A DNA stretch of 64,000 nucleotides. Origin: Octopus sinensis (lineage: Eukaryota). Numbering within the stretch: the stretch's first letter is position 1; each line of letters opens with the position of its first letter. Below, piece after piece: positions 37,229 to 49,114 of this stretch. The stretch covers positions 29,760,001 through 29,824,000 of the forward strand of contig NC_043004.1 in NCBI RefSeq assembly GCF_006345805.1, read 5' to 3'. A program made the position numbers and the translations under genes. Under the pieces are notes generated by a model. It ran no database searches, was not told the origin of the DNA, and was given only the letters and a program-made list of their open reading frames with translations.

Positions 37229-38098
37229 ATATATTTGTCTCTTTCAATAGAGTACTTCTATAGCAGTCCTATTAATCTTTTTGTTCCTGACAAGAAACAA
37301 TAACTGTATTATTGATATATATATATATAGATATATGAATTCTCAGTATGCTATACTTCTTGTGTGACTGAGAATACCAGTGGATCTCTTGTATTCACAA
37401 TACACTGTCCAATATTCTACCACTCCATTTACATTCACCTTGTATCTTGAGGGTATACCCTTGCACATTACCATCCCCATTCTCTCTCTCTCTCTCCCTC
37501 CCTCTCTCTCTCTCTCTCTCTCTCTTTCCTTCTCTCACTGACTGTGATAACCATGTATCTCCTATCCCTCTATCATAGTTTAACCTCTCATCACCTAACA
37601 CAAAGTCATCCCACTCGATACTGGTCCCTGTCTCAGTTGAGGGATCTTTCTCTTGCAAGTTACTTGATGATCTCTCCAGTTCTGGTGCCACATAAAAAGC
37701 ACTCCAGTACACTCTGTAAAGTAATTAGCATCAGCAGGAAACATCCCTAATGCCAGAGAAACCATGCTAAAAGAAATAGTAGAGCCCAATGCGGTTTTTG
37801 GGCTTCTCAGCTCCTGTCAAACCATCCAACCCATGTCAACATGGAAGATTAACGTTAGAGGATGATGATGATGATGAACAATCAACAAAGAACAAAGGCA
37901 ATTATATAATGCTAAATGCTCTTATAGATACATTTGTGTAAGTGTATTACTAATTGCTACTAATGTATTCAATGATGCATCTATATACAATGTATACGGA
38001 TATGTGTGTATGAGTGTTTGTGTGGACATATTACACATGTTTACATACACACATTAGAATATTGCTGAACCTACTTGACTATCTATGTTGTTTCCAAG

Positions 38099-38204
38099 TG
38101 GCGCCATACTGATAATTTGACCAGCATTTATCCACAACAGAACATCACTCTGTTGCAGGATTACTCACCTACAATTGAGTGGACTGCAAGAAGGAGAGAC
38201 AGAA
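38099..38204 (+). CDS. Candidate internal exon (WRHTDNLTSIYPQQNITLLQDYSPTIEWTARRRDR)
   Basis: Acceptor ctatgttgtttccaag|, donor |gtatgt, open frame; conflicts with a minus-strand microexon candidate at 38169-38183. Confidence 0.25.
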
Positions 38205-38214
38205 GTATGTGTGT

Positions 38215-38820
38215 ATGTATATCATCATCATCGTCATCATTATTTAACATCTGCTTTCCATGCTAGCATGTGTTGGACGATTTGACGATTTTTTCGTGCC
38301 ACCTGCACAAGAGCCAGTCCAGCAGCACTGGCGATGACCTCACTCGAATGTTTCACGTACCACCAGCACAAGTGCTAGTAAGGCGATGCAGTAACGATCA
38401 CGCTCGAATGGTGTGCTTAACGTGCCATCAGCATGGGGCCAGCTTGTTGCTCTGGCAACGATCTCTCTCATATGGTACTCTTAGCGCTCCACTAGCAACG
38501 GATGCCAGTCACTGAATTTGATTTCGACTTTGATTTCGATTTCGATTTCACTTGCCTCAACTGGTCTTCGCAAGCAGAGTTTAGTGTCCAATGAAGAAAT
38601 TGCCAGCCTCACCTGGCACCTGTGCAGGTGGCACGTAAAAAGCACCCACTACACTCACGGAGTGGTTGGCGTTAGGAAGGGCATCCAGCTGTAGAAACAT
38701 TGCCAGATTAGACTGGAGCCTGGTGCAGCCTTCTGGCTTCCCAGATCCCCGGTCGAACCGTCCAACCCATGCTAGCATGGAGAACGGACGTTAAACGATG
38801 ATGATGATGATGATGATGAA
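38215..38820. mobile_element. Two RTE 3' UTR fragments in opposite orientation (tails pointing outward)
   Basis: (ATC)n tail at 38220 (minus-strand copy) and (GAT)n tail at ~38800 (plus-strand copy). Confidence 0.7.
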
Positions 38821-38825
38821 GTGGA

Positions 38826-39310
38826 CTGAAATTTTTTTGAATGCAGAATTGCCTTTAGACCAGCAGAAATACTGGGTAAATTACTCTTACAAAGTGGAAA
38901 AGTTTGTCATCAACCAGCCATGGGACTCAAACCCACATCCTGCAAAACTCCAACTAAGTTCTTTGCTATTAAGCTAAACTGCCAACTGACAAAATTATCC
39001 ACAAATTTAGATGCTAAATAGCTTATTGAACAACTATGTGTATATACATATAAACAAGCTAGCATTTGTTTTTTTATAAGTGTCAAAATGTGTATTGTAT
39101 GATATAAATAAAATGATATTTTTTTGAATGCAGAATTGCTGTTAGAACAACAGAAATACACAGTTTAGCTTAATAGCAGAGCACTCAGTGAGAGTCTTGA
39201 GGAATGTGGGTTTGAGTCCCATGGCTGTTTGCTGACAAATTTTTCTGCTTTGTAAGGGTAATTCATCCTGTATTTCGGCTGTTGTAATGGCAATTCTGTA
39301 TTCGAAAAAC
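38826..39310. mobile_element. Inverted pair of tRNA-derived SINEs (family E)
   Basis: CAGTTTAGCTTAATAGC...GGGTTTGAGTCCCATGGCTG (A/B-box-like) at 39160-39310, with its reverse complement at 38826-38990. Confidence 0.65.
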
Positions 39311-39828
39311 ATATCTTATTTGTATCGTACACACACACACACATATACACACACACATACACACACACACATATATATACATATATTCCCACCATATGGT
39401 TCCTGGTCCAGTCCTACTGTGTGGCACCTTGTGCAAGTGTTTTCTACAATCTCTACTATAGCCCCCAGCTAACCAAAGCGACTTGAAGTCAGAAGATCCT
39501 ACTCTGAAGGAGATTAGAGTTTTGTACTTCTTTGAAATCAATATCTCTCATAAAAAAAGTCTCAAAATCTCTGGAATGTGCCTTGTACATACAAATATAC
39601 ATACACATAGATACATAAATACACATCTGTATATGTATTTTAATTCTACATACACCTACAAATGCAAGGTCATGTGCTGTTAATCTTGATACAAGATCTC
39701 CATGTTGCGCACATATGCTTGCAATGCATGTGCCTAGTGTACCTTTAACAGACGGGTAGTCATGATGGATATACTGGGCTTCATATATTTTACTTTGATG
39801 GTATGCACTGCTCTCTCACTCAGTAATG

Positions 39829-39883
<55 letters not shown>

Positions 39884-40039
39884 TAATAATCCTTTATTCT
39901 GGAGGCACAAGGCCTGAAATTTGTGGGGAGGAGGTAAGTTGATCACATCGACCCCAGTACTTGATTGGTACTCAATTTATCAACCCTGAAGGGATGTAAG
40001 GCAAAGTTGACCTTAGTGTAAGTATGTTGTAGGGGCATA

Positions 40040-41370
40040 GAATTGTCAAATGGAGAATGGAAGTACTTTGGGATCCTGGAGGTGGACAATATCTTGCACA
40101 GAGAAAAGAAAGACAAGGTCATCACTGCACATTTGAAGCACCTCTTGAAATCAAGCACATTTGAAGCACCTCTTGAAATCAAGCACATTTGAAACACCTC
40201 TTGAAATCAAAACTCAACTCAAAGAGTCTTGGGACTGCCATCAGCACCTGGGCTGTTGCTGTAGTCTGCTATAGTGCACCCATCCTGAAATGGACACAAG
40301 CAGAGATTAACTAACTCAATCACACTACTTGAAAGACTATGACAATGCATGGTACCCTCCACCATAAGGCAAACATGCACAGGCTCTATATGAAGAGGTT
40401 AAAAGATGGACGTGGACTGATTAGCGTATGGGAGTGCATCAACAGTGAAAGAAGAAACATGGCAGAATATTTGGTAAACAGCAAACAGGACCTGCTACAG
40501 TATGCTGCTAATGCAGAGGGATTTACCAAAAATGGACTTGAGAGTGCTCGTGAATTCCGATCACAAATAGTCAACGACAGAGGAGAAACCCTACTCCACA
40601 TGGAATTACATGATCAGTTCCACTGTGAAACTAACAGCTTAAAAGATAAGGAAGCATCATGGAGGTGGCACAGTTAGGGTGACCTAAGAAAGAAGACTGA
40701 AAACCTAATCATAGCTGCCCAGGATCAGGCATTGAATACCAACTCAGTGAAAAGCGATATATACCACACAAGTGCAACGGACCTCTGCAAAATGTGTGGG
40801 AAGAGGATCAAAAGCATAACTCACATTGTTAGTGCTTGTGAAAGTCTTCCGCAGAGAGAACACAAATGCAGACATGATAAGGTAGCCCAAAACCTTCACT
40901 GGCTACTATGCTAGAAGTATGGATACGAGGTAACGGGTGCTAGGTACCAACATACACTGGCAAAAGGTAATGGACAAAAAGGAGAAGGCAAAAATCCTCT
41001 GGGGCTTTGACTTCCAGACAGACAAGGTGTTAGAGCACCAAAGGCCAGATATAGTAACCTTTAGGAGGGACAAACAAGAGTGCTTAATAATCAACGTGGC
41101 AGTGCCAGGAGATCAACATATTATCATGAAAGAAAGAGAAAAGATTGATAAATATAGATACCTAAGAATTGAGCTTGCAGAGATGTGGCAGCTACGAGAG
41201 TTGGAAACCTTAGGAATTCCCTACAATCTAGGTGTATTGCAAAAACTGGAATTACTTGGAACTGCACACATACTGCATAAAGTACTATTTGTCTGAGGTC
41301 CTTGTTGTGACTTGCCAGACAGTACAAACCCCTGGTAGACACAATATCCTCAGTCAACAACATCATGATA
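40040..41370 (+). mobile_element. R4/Dong-like retrotransposon 3' portion (CCHC zinc finger and RLE), followed by (TAA)n
   Basis: CKMCGKRIKSITHIVSAC...RHDKVAQNLHWLLC; RPDIVTFRRDKQECLIINVAVPGD; LLGTAHILHKVL. Confidence 0.9.
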
Positions 41371-41393
41371 TTAGATAATGTGCGATGTCTTAG

Positions 41394-41485
<92 letters not shown>

Positions 41486-41769
41486 AATAATACTACTACT
41501 ACTAATAATAATAATAATAATAAGGTGAGGAGGTCAGCAATGCACAGGAATGTCCATTGCTAACCTCCTCACCGTCTGCCGAATCTAGTTACAGACCTGT
41601 AGAATTTGGTCTATTCACCAAGCTGCTACTCTTCTTCCTACTATTCCCTTCAACACTCATGTATTTATGATTATCTCAAGTACAAGTTGAAAGTTGAAAC
41701 TAAATGACATTTAACAATACCCTTTAATAATAAATGGAAATAGTAGTAGTAGTAATAATAATAATGATA

Positions 41770-42060
41770 ATAATAAATTCTGGTTTTATTGGCCACAAGG
41801 GCTAACATAAATCAAAAACATGTAAGGACAAAAAACATGACAGAAAGTACAAAGGCTTTTCCGAAAAAGAAAGGTCCGTGTAAACATTAAGAAAAATAGC
41901 GAAAAATATAACAAGTAAAATTTCCAATAGGAGGAGGTGCTTTGAAAGGTTACTCGTGGAAAAACCCATAAAAGCCATGGGAGCCTGGTCAAAAAGGGGT
42001 AGAGAGCCCCTACTTTTATATTACCTGGACAATTCAACCACCAATGTTGGACGCTTTTTG
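41770..42060 (-). mobile_element. Tx1/L1-like 3' end
   Basis: Reverse complement of LLTRLPWLLWVFP...TAGCCCTTGTGGCCAATAAAA, shared with the 31620-31840 copy. Confidence 0.65.
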
Positions 42061-42262
42061 TCTACTCCTGATATATTTCTGAGCTTTTTAGCACTATACA
42101 TCTATACAAGATGCATTTTTGAGATGAATATCATGGTTTTCTGAATTTTCTATTGTATATCCATGCTAATATATACATATACTTTTTGTATATATATATG
42201 TTGCCCTGATAGATCGTTAGCCACTACACACATTTTTTTCTCTCCTTGTTTTTTCTGTGTCC

Positions 42263-42298
42263 CTTTCTGTAGGAGAGCATAAGCTTGAAACGTAAAAG
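42263..42298 (+). ncRNA. Variant/degenerate minimal hammerhead motif (U at position 6)
   Basis: CTTT / CTGTAGG / A GAGC-ATAA-GCTT / GAAA / CG / TA / AAAG within a pLTR-like repeat 42180-42330. Confidence 0.4.
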
Positions 42299-42551
42299 AC
42301 TTTTTCTATTCCTGAGCATTATACTAATACAAGTACACATGCTCATACAAGCATCAACAAAAATGTTAACGGTTATTTTTAATACTTTTCTCACTGGATT
42401 ATGTATTCGTTTCTCTTTTTGTCTTCTGCAATTTTATTTTTGATCTTCTATACATATGAAGATTCCCCCCACCCTCTGGCTGTTTTTCTCTCTACAAAAC
42501 AAAAGGTTACATTGTGGAACAGTCATTTTAATGAATTGTTTTTATTTATTT

Positions 42552-42652
42552 ATCACCCGACGAGATACGTCTGCACCACCGGATACTCCTGAACCAGTCT
42601 TTGTGTGTCCCACAAGACGAGTCGATGCCAGATAAGTCGAAACAATTGTGAT
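42552..42652 (+). ncRNA. Degenerate hammerhead motif
   Basis: ATCAC / CCGACGA (U4 to C) / decayed stem II / GAAA / CAATT / GTGAT. Confidence 0.35.
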
Positions 42653-42752
42653 TAGTAATATATTCTGTCTTTCATTTGTTATATATATGTATATATATAA
42701 ATGTATGTATGTGTGTGTGCGTGTATGTATATATATATATATATATATATAT

Positions 42753-42902
42753 TCAGAAAAAGGAGGCAGTCAGAATTTTGAATAATTCTTTATTAGTGCT
42801 TTCATGCAATTTTATGGAAAGAATTTATTTTGAAAAATCCTCATGAATGGATGAAAGCTCTAATAAAGAATTATTCAAAATTCTGACAACTTCCTTTTTC
42901 TT
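42753..42902. repeat. Palindromic MITE-like element, ~53-bp arms
   Basis: GTCAGAATTTTGAATAATTCTTTATTAGTGCTTTCAT / ATGAAAGCTCTAATAAAGAATTATTCAAAATTCTGAC. Confidence 0.85.
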
Positions 42903-43101
42903 AATATACAATGTCTGTACATCACTTTAAACACTCTATACATACATACATGCATGCATACATACATACATACATACATACATACATACATACATACATA
43001 CATACATACATAGTTGAAATTTACAGAAAAACAAAAGATGAAGACAGGTGTATAAACAACAAGCAGGTGTATTAGTTTGATGCTTGGGAAAGTGAGAAAG
43101 T

Positions 43102-43137
43102 CTTTTACATTTTGAGCCTACACTCTTCAACAGAAAG
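43102..43137 (-). ncRNA. Variant/degenerate minimal hammerhead motif (U at position 6), inverted partner of 42263-42298
   Basis: Minus strand: CTTT / CTGTTGA / A GAGT-GTAG-GCTC / AAAA (G12 lost) / TG / TA / AAAG. Confidence 0.4.
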
Positions 43138-43412
43138 GAACATGAGGAAATAAACAGAGAGAATAAAAAGAGAGAAAAAATATATATGTATATGTGTGTA
43201 TATATATATGTGTGTATGTGTGTGTATTTGTCTACATATATATATTCTGAACCACACACATGTGTGTGTGGTTGAGAAGCTTACTTTTCAGCCATGGGTT
43301 CAGTCGCACTGAATAAGCCCTTGGGCAAGTGTCTTCCACTATAGCCCTGGGCTGACTAGACCTATGTGAGTGGATTTGTTAGGAGAAAACGGAAAGAAGC
43401 TGATCATGTATG

Positions 43413-43443
<31 letters not shown>

Positions 43444-43618
43444 TTGTATTGTGTCTCTTGTCTTAATACTGTGTGATAGTTGCAAGCAAGCGCCATTGTC
43501 ATTCAAGCAGTATCATTTGTTTCCCAGTCTTCATGCAGACGTTTCTGGACAATGTGAACATGAAAAAATGGACGTTAAGTGATGACAATGATGAAGAGGG
43601 GGAGGAGGATTTTATGCT

Positions 43619-43649
<31 letters not shown>

Positions 43650-44005
43650 CAATGTATCAATGTTCGCATTGTCATTTAATTGGAACATATTTTATCTTTG
43701 TATGTTCACCTTGAATAAGGAAATAGAGACTTATGCACTTGACAGTTGTCAGTTATGTCAGCTGTTGAAGCATGTTTATTCTTATTAGTCACATGATCAG
43801 CAACACGGGGGTGGGGGGTTTCAAAGATCCTCATTACTCTGTTATCAGCCATGAATGCCATTATATGTCTCCTTATTTCTCTAGAACACTGGACTCATTA
43901 TAGATTTGTAGTAAATATGTCTTGATAGCATATATTACTGGCATGTCGGTGATATGAATATAAATTGAAAGATTTACTGTTTAATTTCACCAACAGCCTA
44001 CTTAC

Positions 44006-44100
44006 TTTATTCCCTGATGTCAGGACTATACAATGTCTACGTTTTTTTTCAAACCAACCAGCTAATTTGTCTACTTTATTAACTGTCACAACATCAGCTT
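44006..44100 (-). CDS. Candidate coding exon 5 of the minus-strand gene ((E)ADVVTVNKVDKLAGWFEKKRRHCIVLTSGNK)
   Basis: Acceptor catttctgctttttgatgatgccatag|, donor |gtaagt; phase 1 to 0, compatible with exon 49115-49217. Confidence 0.4.
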
Positions 44101-44473
44101 CTATGGCATCATCAAAAAGCAGAAATGGCTTATGGCACCATCACTCTTCAGACAAATGAAATGATGTCTGCCATTCTGTTCATCAAACTGATGCCAACAA
44201 CTAAGCTGACATCCATGGCTTTTGGATAACTCAGCTGGTGTGCCATCTCATTCGTCTACTCAGGCAAATAAGTGCTCAAATGAGCCTATTATATCAACTT
44301 TTGTAACTAATCATGTACATAGACTGATGTTATATAAAAGAGGTGTACCTGCCATGATGTACAATAGCTTACCAGCTGTCATTGTTGGTGGTGGTTATTG
44401 GGTACATAGCCCAGTTGAGAATTGCGATATTATTAGTCATCACTGTTTTGTCAGTCGTTATCACAGCAAACTA

Positions 44474-45041
44474 TTGGGTTGTCCAGAAAAAGTGCGTGCT
44501 GATTTTTAAAGGCAAGAAAAAGGTCAATAAATACTTGCCATTACATTTTTAATCAACCAAATATGAACCATTTTGTTGCACAATACATCTCCATCTTTCC
44601 TTTAACTTGAAAATATCCCCTTCCCAGATTTGAGGTAGTTTCATGGCAAAGAATTCATCAAGGTATCTTTTTACGTCATCCAAGGAATTGAAATTTTTAC
44701 CATTAAGACTATTCTGCAGAGACCTGAATAAATGAAAATCCAAAGGAGCAGTATCTGGTGAATATGGAGGGTGGGGTAACACATCCCAGCCGAGCTGCAG
44801 CAATGTTTGTCTGGTTCCTAAAGCATCAAGTGCCGAAAATGAACTTTCTTATCTTCCATTTTAAAGGGTTACAGAATTAACACAGGTTATAGGAACATAA
44901 ACCTTCTTCCACAAAAAGATAGTTTAAACTGTGCTCTAAATGGAGGTGTAGTCAAATCCTATTTTATGGGCTCAACCATGTTCTAAAATAAGTCGAAAGG
45001 TAAGCTACTATAAATCGGCACAAACTTTCCGGACAACCCAA
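44474..45041 (-). mobile_element. Internally deleted mariner element
   Basis: TIRs TTGGGTTGTCC / GGACAACCCAA with TA TSDs; HPPYSPDTAPLDFHLFRSLQNSL (mariner YSPDLAP motif). Confidence 0.95.
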
Positions 45042-45162
45042 TAGTTAGAAGTATCAAACCTAGCAGGGTTTGAAACTTCTATGTTTTTGTTAGGTACTAA
45101 TATACTTTTCTGCTTTTTAGCTCTATAATATATGTATGCATGTGTGTGTATGTATATATGCA

Positions 45163-45365
45163 GAACGATTAAATGAACATCTGAGACAATATGACAACAA
45201 AAAACAGTCCTCCATACTCTACTAACATGCCAAGGACCACCATGGAGGCAACTTGGGTCAACTTAACATCCGCCTGTTATCCAAGCACCCAAAAGACCCA
45301 ACACTCAGACAAATACAGGAGTACGTCCTTATAAATGAAACTTCCCCAATACTAAATAGGAAACA
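45163..45365 (+). mobile_element. Penelope-like GIY-YIG endonuclease C-terminal fragment
   Basis: ERLNEHLRQ...SSILY*HAKDHHGG...LLSKHPKDPTLRQIQEYVLINETSPILNRK. Confidence 0.75.
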
Positions 45366-46269
45366 TACATAGTAAATATCAAATCCCCCTACCCACAGTT
45401 TACACAGGTAGAGAGGAATAGTTAGTGGACTGTTATGTAGATAGATGTATTTATGTGTGTGTGTGTGAGGTGTATGTATATATGTGTATATGCACATGTG
45501 TGTAAGCATATGGATATGAAAATAAACAGATCAACATACAGACGGATAGGTACATAGGTTATATGAACAGACAAGCACACATATGCAAATGGGGACTGAA
45601 ACACATGACCATATATACACACACACACTTTACTTCACACGACACATATGGAGACACGTGTTCACACATATGGAGATGCACCTCTATACATACAAACACG
45701 GTACATGGTTGCAAAACACACACACATACATAAAAAAATACACAAACACAGACATGCAAGTACAAGAATATGCAGAATACATACATACAGATGCACACAC
45801 ACACATATATACATATGCATACACACACATATATACATACACACACATGCATACATACGCACATACATACATACATACATACATACATACATACATACAT
45901 ACATACATACATACATACATACATGGATGCATGCAAAGACAAGATGCTGTGGTCATTTACTGGGATAAAATATGGTTATCAGTAACAATAAAGGGTGAAA
46001 TTAATTAATTTGGAATAATTATTAATTACACCAAGTAGATTTCGGCATGTAAAAGCCTCATTCGAGGAAAATTTAAGTAATACTAAGCAATTAAGGGTTT
46101 AGCAACGAATTGCCTCACCACACACCGAATTTAGAAATAGCAGTCAAAGAGTTATAGCTATTCTTTCTACTAAAAGGGAGATCTCAGTAAAAACACAGCA
46201 CTTGAAAGGCAAACACAGACAGGTAAGAGAGAATGAAATGATGGCAATCTATCGTACAATTTTAAGTCA

Positions 46270-46361
46270 CCTACGGACGTACGTTTCGAAATCAAGTTTT
46301 AGGAAAGCATAAGAATTAGAAAATTCTACCTTACCCAACCTTCTTTTCTCATCAGCGTAGG
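46270..46361 (-). ncRNA. Intact minimal type-I hammerhead ribozyme motif in a Penelope-type pLTR (~45985-46385)
   Basis: Minus strand: CCTACG / CTGATGA / GAAA...TTTC stem II with long loop / GAAA / C-GTAC-G palindrome / GUC / CGTAGG; every canonical core position is present. Confidence 0.85.
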
Positions 46362-46416
46362 ATGCTACAATTATGAATAATATATACATATACACACACA
46401 CACATACATATATATA

Positions 46417-47391
46417 CAGGGGTTGGACAAAATAATGGATACACCTAGCATCATAGCATCATGATTTTGAAATATCTATAAAACTGTCAAAAGCTTGTTT
46501 ATTTTTACGTTTCTTTTTTATTTATTATTAGTCTATTAGTCTTGCTTGATATATTTGCTAAAATTGCTGTTTCTTTTCAGATATCACAGAAAAAGGAAAT
46601 TAAAATTCATTAAAATGGCAGATCTATCGGACTTTCAAAGAGGTCAAATTGTTGGTGCCCGTATGGTAGGTGCTAGTGTAATAGAAACAGCTGAAATGTT
46701 TAGTGTATCAAGAAGTACAGTCTCAAAAGTAATGACAGAATTGGTCCCTAGAACAGTGGGAGAATGCTATTTTCTCAGACGAGTCATCCGTCATCATATT
46801 TCCAACCACCGGCCAAGTATACATGTGGAGACAGGCAAAAGAAGCATTTGACCCAGACTGATTTCTTCTAACTGTTAAACATAGAAGAGGATCTGGGGGG
46901 CTATACATTGGAAATCTGCTGGCCCAATGGTTTCCCTTCATGGCAGAATTAATAGTCAAGACTATTTAAGCATTTTATCTGAGCAAATTCATCCTATGGT
47001 TGTGGAACTGTTTCTGGTGGGAAATGCAATCTTTCAGGGTGATAATGCACCAGTTCACACAGCTAAAGTTGTTACTGAAGGATACGAGAAACATTCTAGT
47101 TGAACATCTTACCCGGTCACCACAGTCCCCAGATCTCAGTATTATTGAACATTTATGGTGCATTTTAGAAAAACAAGTAAGGAATTGATATCATCTACCA
47201 TCATCACTACAAGAACTGGAGACTGTTTGAGGTGAAGAATGGACAAAAATTGCTTTGGAAACAATTCAAACTTTGTACGAGTCCATACCTCATAGAATTC
47301 AAGCTGTAATTACTACCAAAGGCAGTCCTACTCCATATTAAAATAAATTTGTTTGAAATTTTAAGCTATTTCCATTATTTTATCCAACCCT

Positions 47392-47393
<2 letters not shown>
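46417..47393 (+). mobile_element. Defective Tc1-like transposon
   Basis: TIRs CAGGGGTTGGACAAAATAATGGA / TCCATTATTTTATCCAACCCTTG with TA flanks; DLSDFQRGQIVGAR, IFSDES, FQGDNAPVHTAK and SPDLSIIEHLW. Confidence 0.95.
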
Positions 47394-47454
<61 letters not shown>

Positions 47455-47462
<8 letters not shown>

Positions 47463-47750
47463 CCGAGCATGTCTGTCTGACTGTCTGTGTGTCTGTATGT
47501 GTGCATCAGTAAAACTTGAGAACTACGCAACTGATTTCATTCAAATTTTACTCATGCTTTATTTAGGATCTATGGAGTGACGTGGGCCAAAAAAATGTTG
47601 AACTTCTTATCTAATACGAGCCTGGAGCAATCTCTTATCTCTTACACTGTTTTGGTATTACATGTCAAAAATGAAACAATAACATCTCTATTGTAATGTG
47701 ATATAATAGTTTCAGTCTTACATGGTTTCAGTTTCAATTAATTTCACTCA
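47455..47750 (+). mobile_element. DINE-1/Helentron-like non-autonomous fragment
   Basis: ATATATAATA...TGTCTGTCTG...AACTACGCAACTGATTTCATTCAAATTTT. Confidence 0.45.
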
Positions 47751-47771
47751 CTAAGTGTTTATATACATGTT

Positions 47772-47894
<123 letters not shown>

Positions 47895-47910
47895 ATATAT
47901 ATATATATAT

Positions 47911-48302
47911 ATACTAGCAGTATCGCCCAGCGTTGCTCGAGTTTGTTTCGACCCGCTGGAATTGGAAATTTTGAAAAGTAAAAATTTTGCATTATGTAGC
48001 TTGTTATTCTCTTCAAGTGAACATTTTTCTGGTTGAAATACACCGAAAAGTGGCGACACAGCAGTGAAAAAATCGTAAAAAATAGGGATTTTCATAGAAA
48101 AAAGCACCTTTTTGATGTAAATAATTTTTGGTGTTAACATGGTCGGATTTGAATTTTATCTTCTACGGAAGGAAGAGCAACCCTTCTATCATACTCTCAA
48201 TTTTGGTCAACTTGTGCCGCAGGGTCTCGGAGGAGATAGTGTTAGTTGAAGGCTACCAAACCTGGCGCACACAGACAACTTCAGCTTTATAGAGAGAGAG
48301 AT
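47911..48302 (+). mobile_element. Lep1/Helentron-like non-autonomous Helitron
   Basis: 5' ATACTAGCAGTATCGCCCAGCGTTGCTCGAG and 3' CACAGACAACTTCAGCTTTATAG...GAT, resembling Lep1-type termini. Confidence 0.6.
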
Positions 48303-48422
48303 AACACACACACATTAATACACATACATACACACACACACACACATCTATGTATGTATAGATGTTTGTATGTATATATGTACATATGTCCACTTCTTGC
48401 CATATTTTTATCCTTCACTTCC

Positions 48423-48481
<59 letters not shown>

Positions 48482-49114
48482 ACACAGACACATATACACA
48501 CACACACACACACGCACACACACACACACACACGCACGCACACACACACACACCCTCTTAGCTTACAATTTTCTTTCAACAATTGACACTGTCATATATG
48601 TATATGTTTGCGTGTCTATGTGTGTAAAAAGAAAGTGTGCTAATAGGCGGAGTAAAGCCTTTGAAGTGAGAGAGGGAAATCGTAAAATATCGAGTTTTTT
48701 CAAATTTTTGCTTAATTAGGGGTCAAATTGAAAGAAATTTATATGCCATGACCGAATCGAATCTACTTCGAAAAATCATAGGTAAATTCTAATTGAAGAA
48801 ATTCTATATTGTAGAATTGTATTAAAAAGGAACATGGGAACAGGCAGAGAAAATCTGATCTACATATATATATATAAGTATAAGACAAATAAGAAAATGG
48901 AGAGGATAATTAACTGACAAGCATCAGTCTGTAAACATTTATTTGGATCTAGCTATTAATTAATTATATTCATATGTATAAGTAATCAAAAGAAACAAAT
49001 AAACAAGTAAATAAATAGATAAATAAAAATAAATAAATGATTAAGAATAAATGAGTGAAAAAATACTAAACTCTAACAGCTGTTTTTACTTTTGCCAAGT
49101 ATTCCACAGCATAC

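Noticed and set aside
44222-44509. 95-aa plus-strand ORF, and a possible degenerate RT on the minus strand
   Set aside because: No splice or homology support, the ORF runs into the mariner TIR, and the spacing of the RT-like motifs is wrong
46036-46070. Second hammerhead-like motif in the same pLTR (CGAATGA-GGC...GCC-GAAA, minus strand)
   Set aside because: The core is altered and there is no convincing stem I or III
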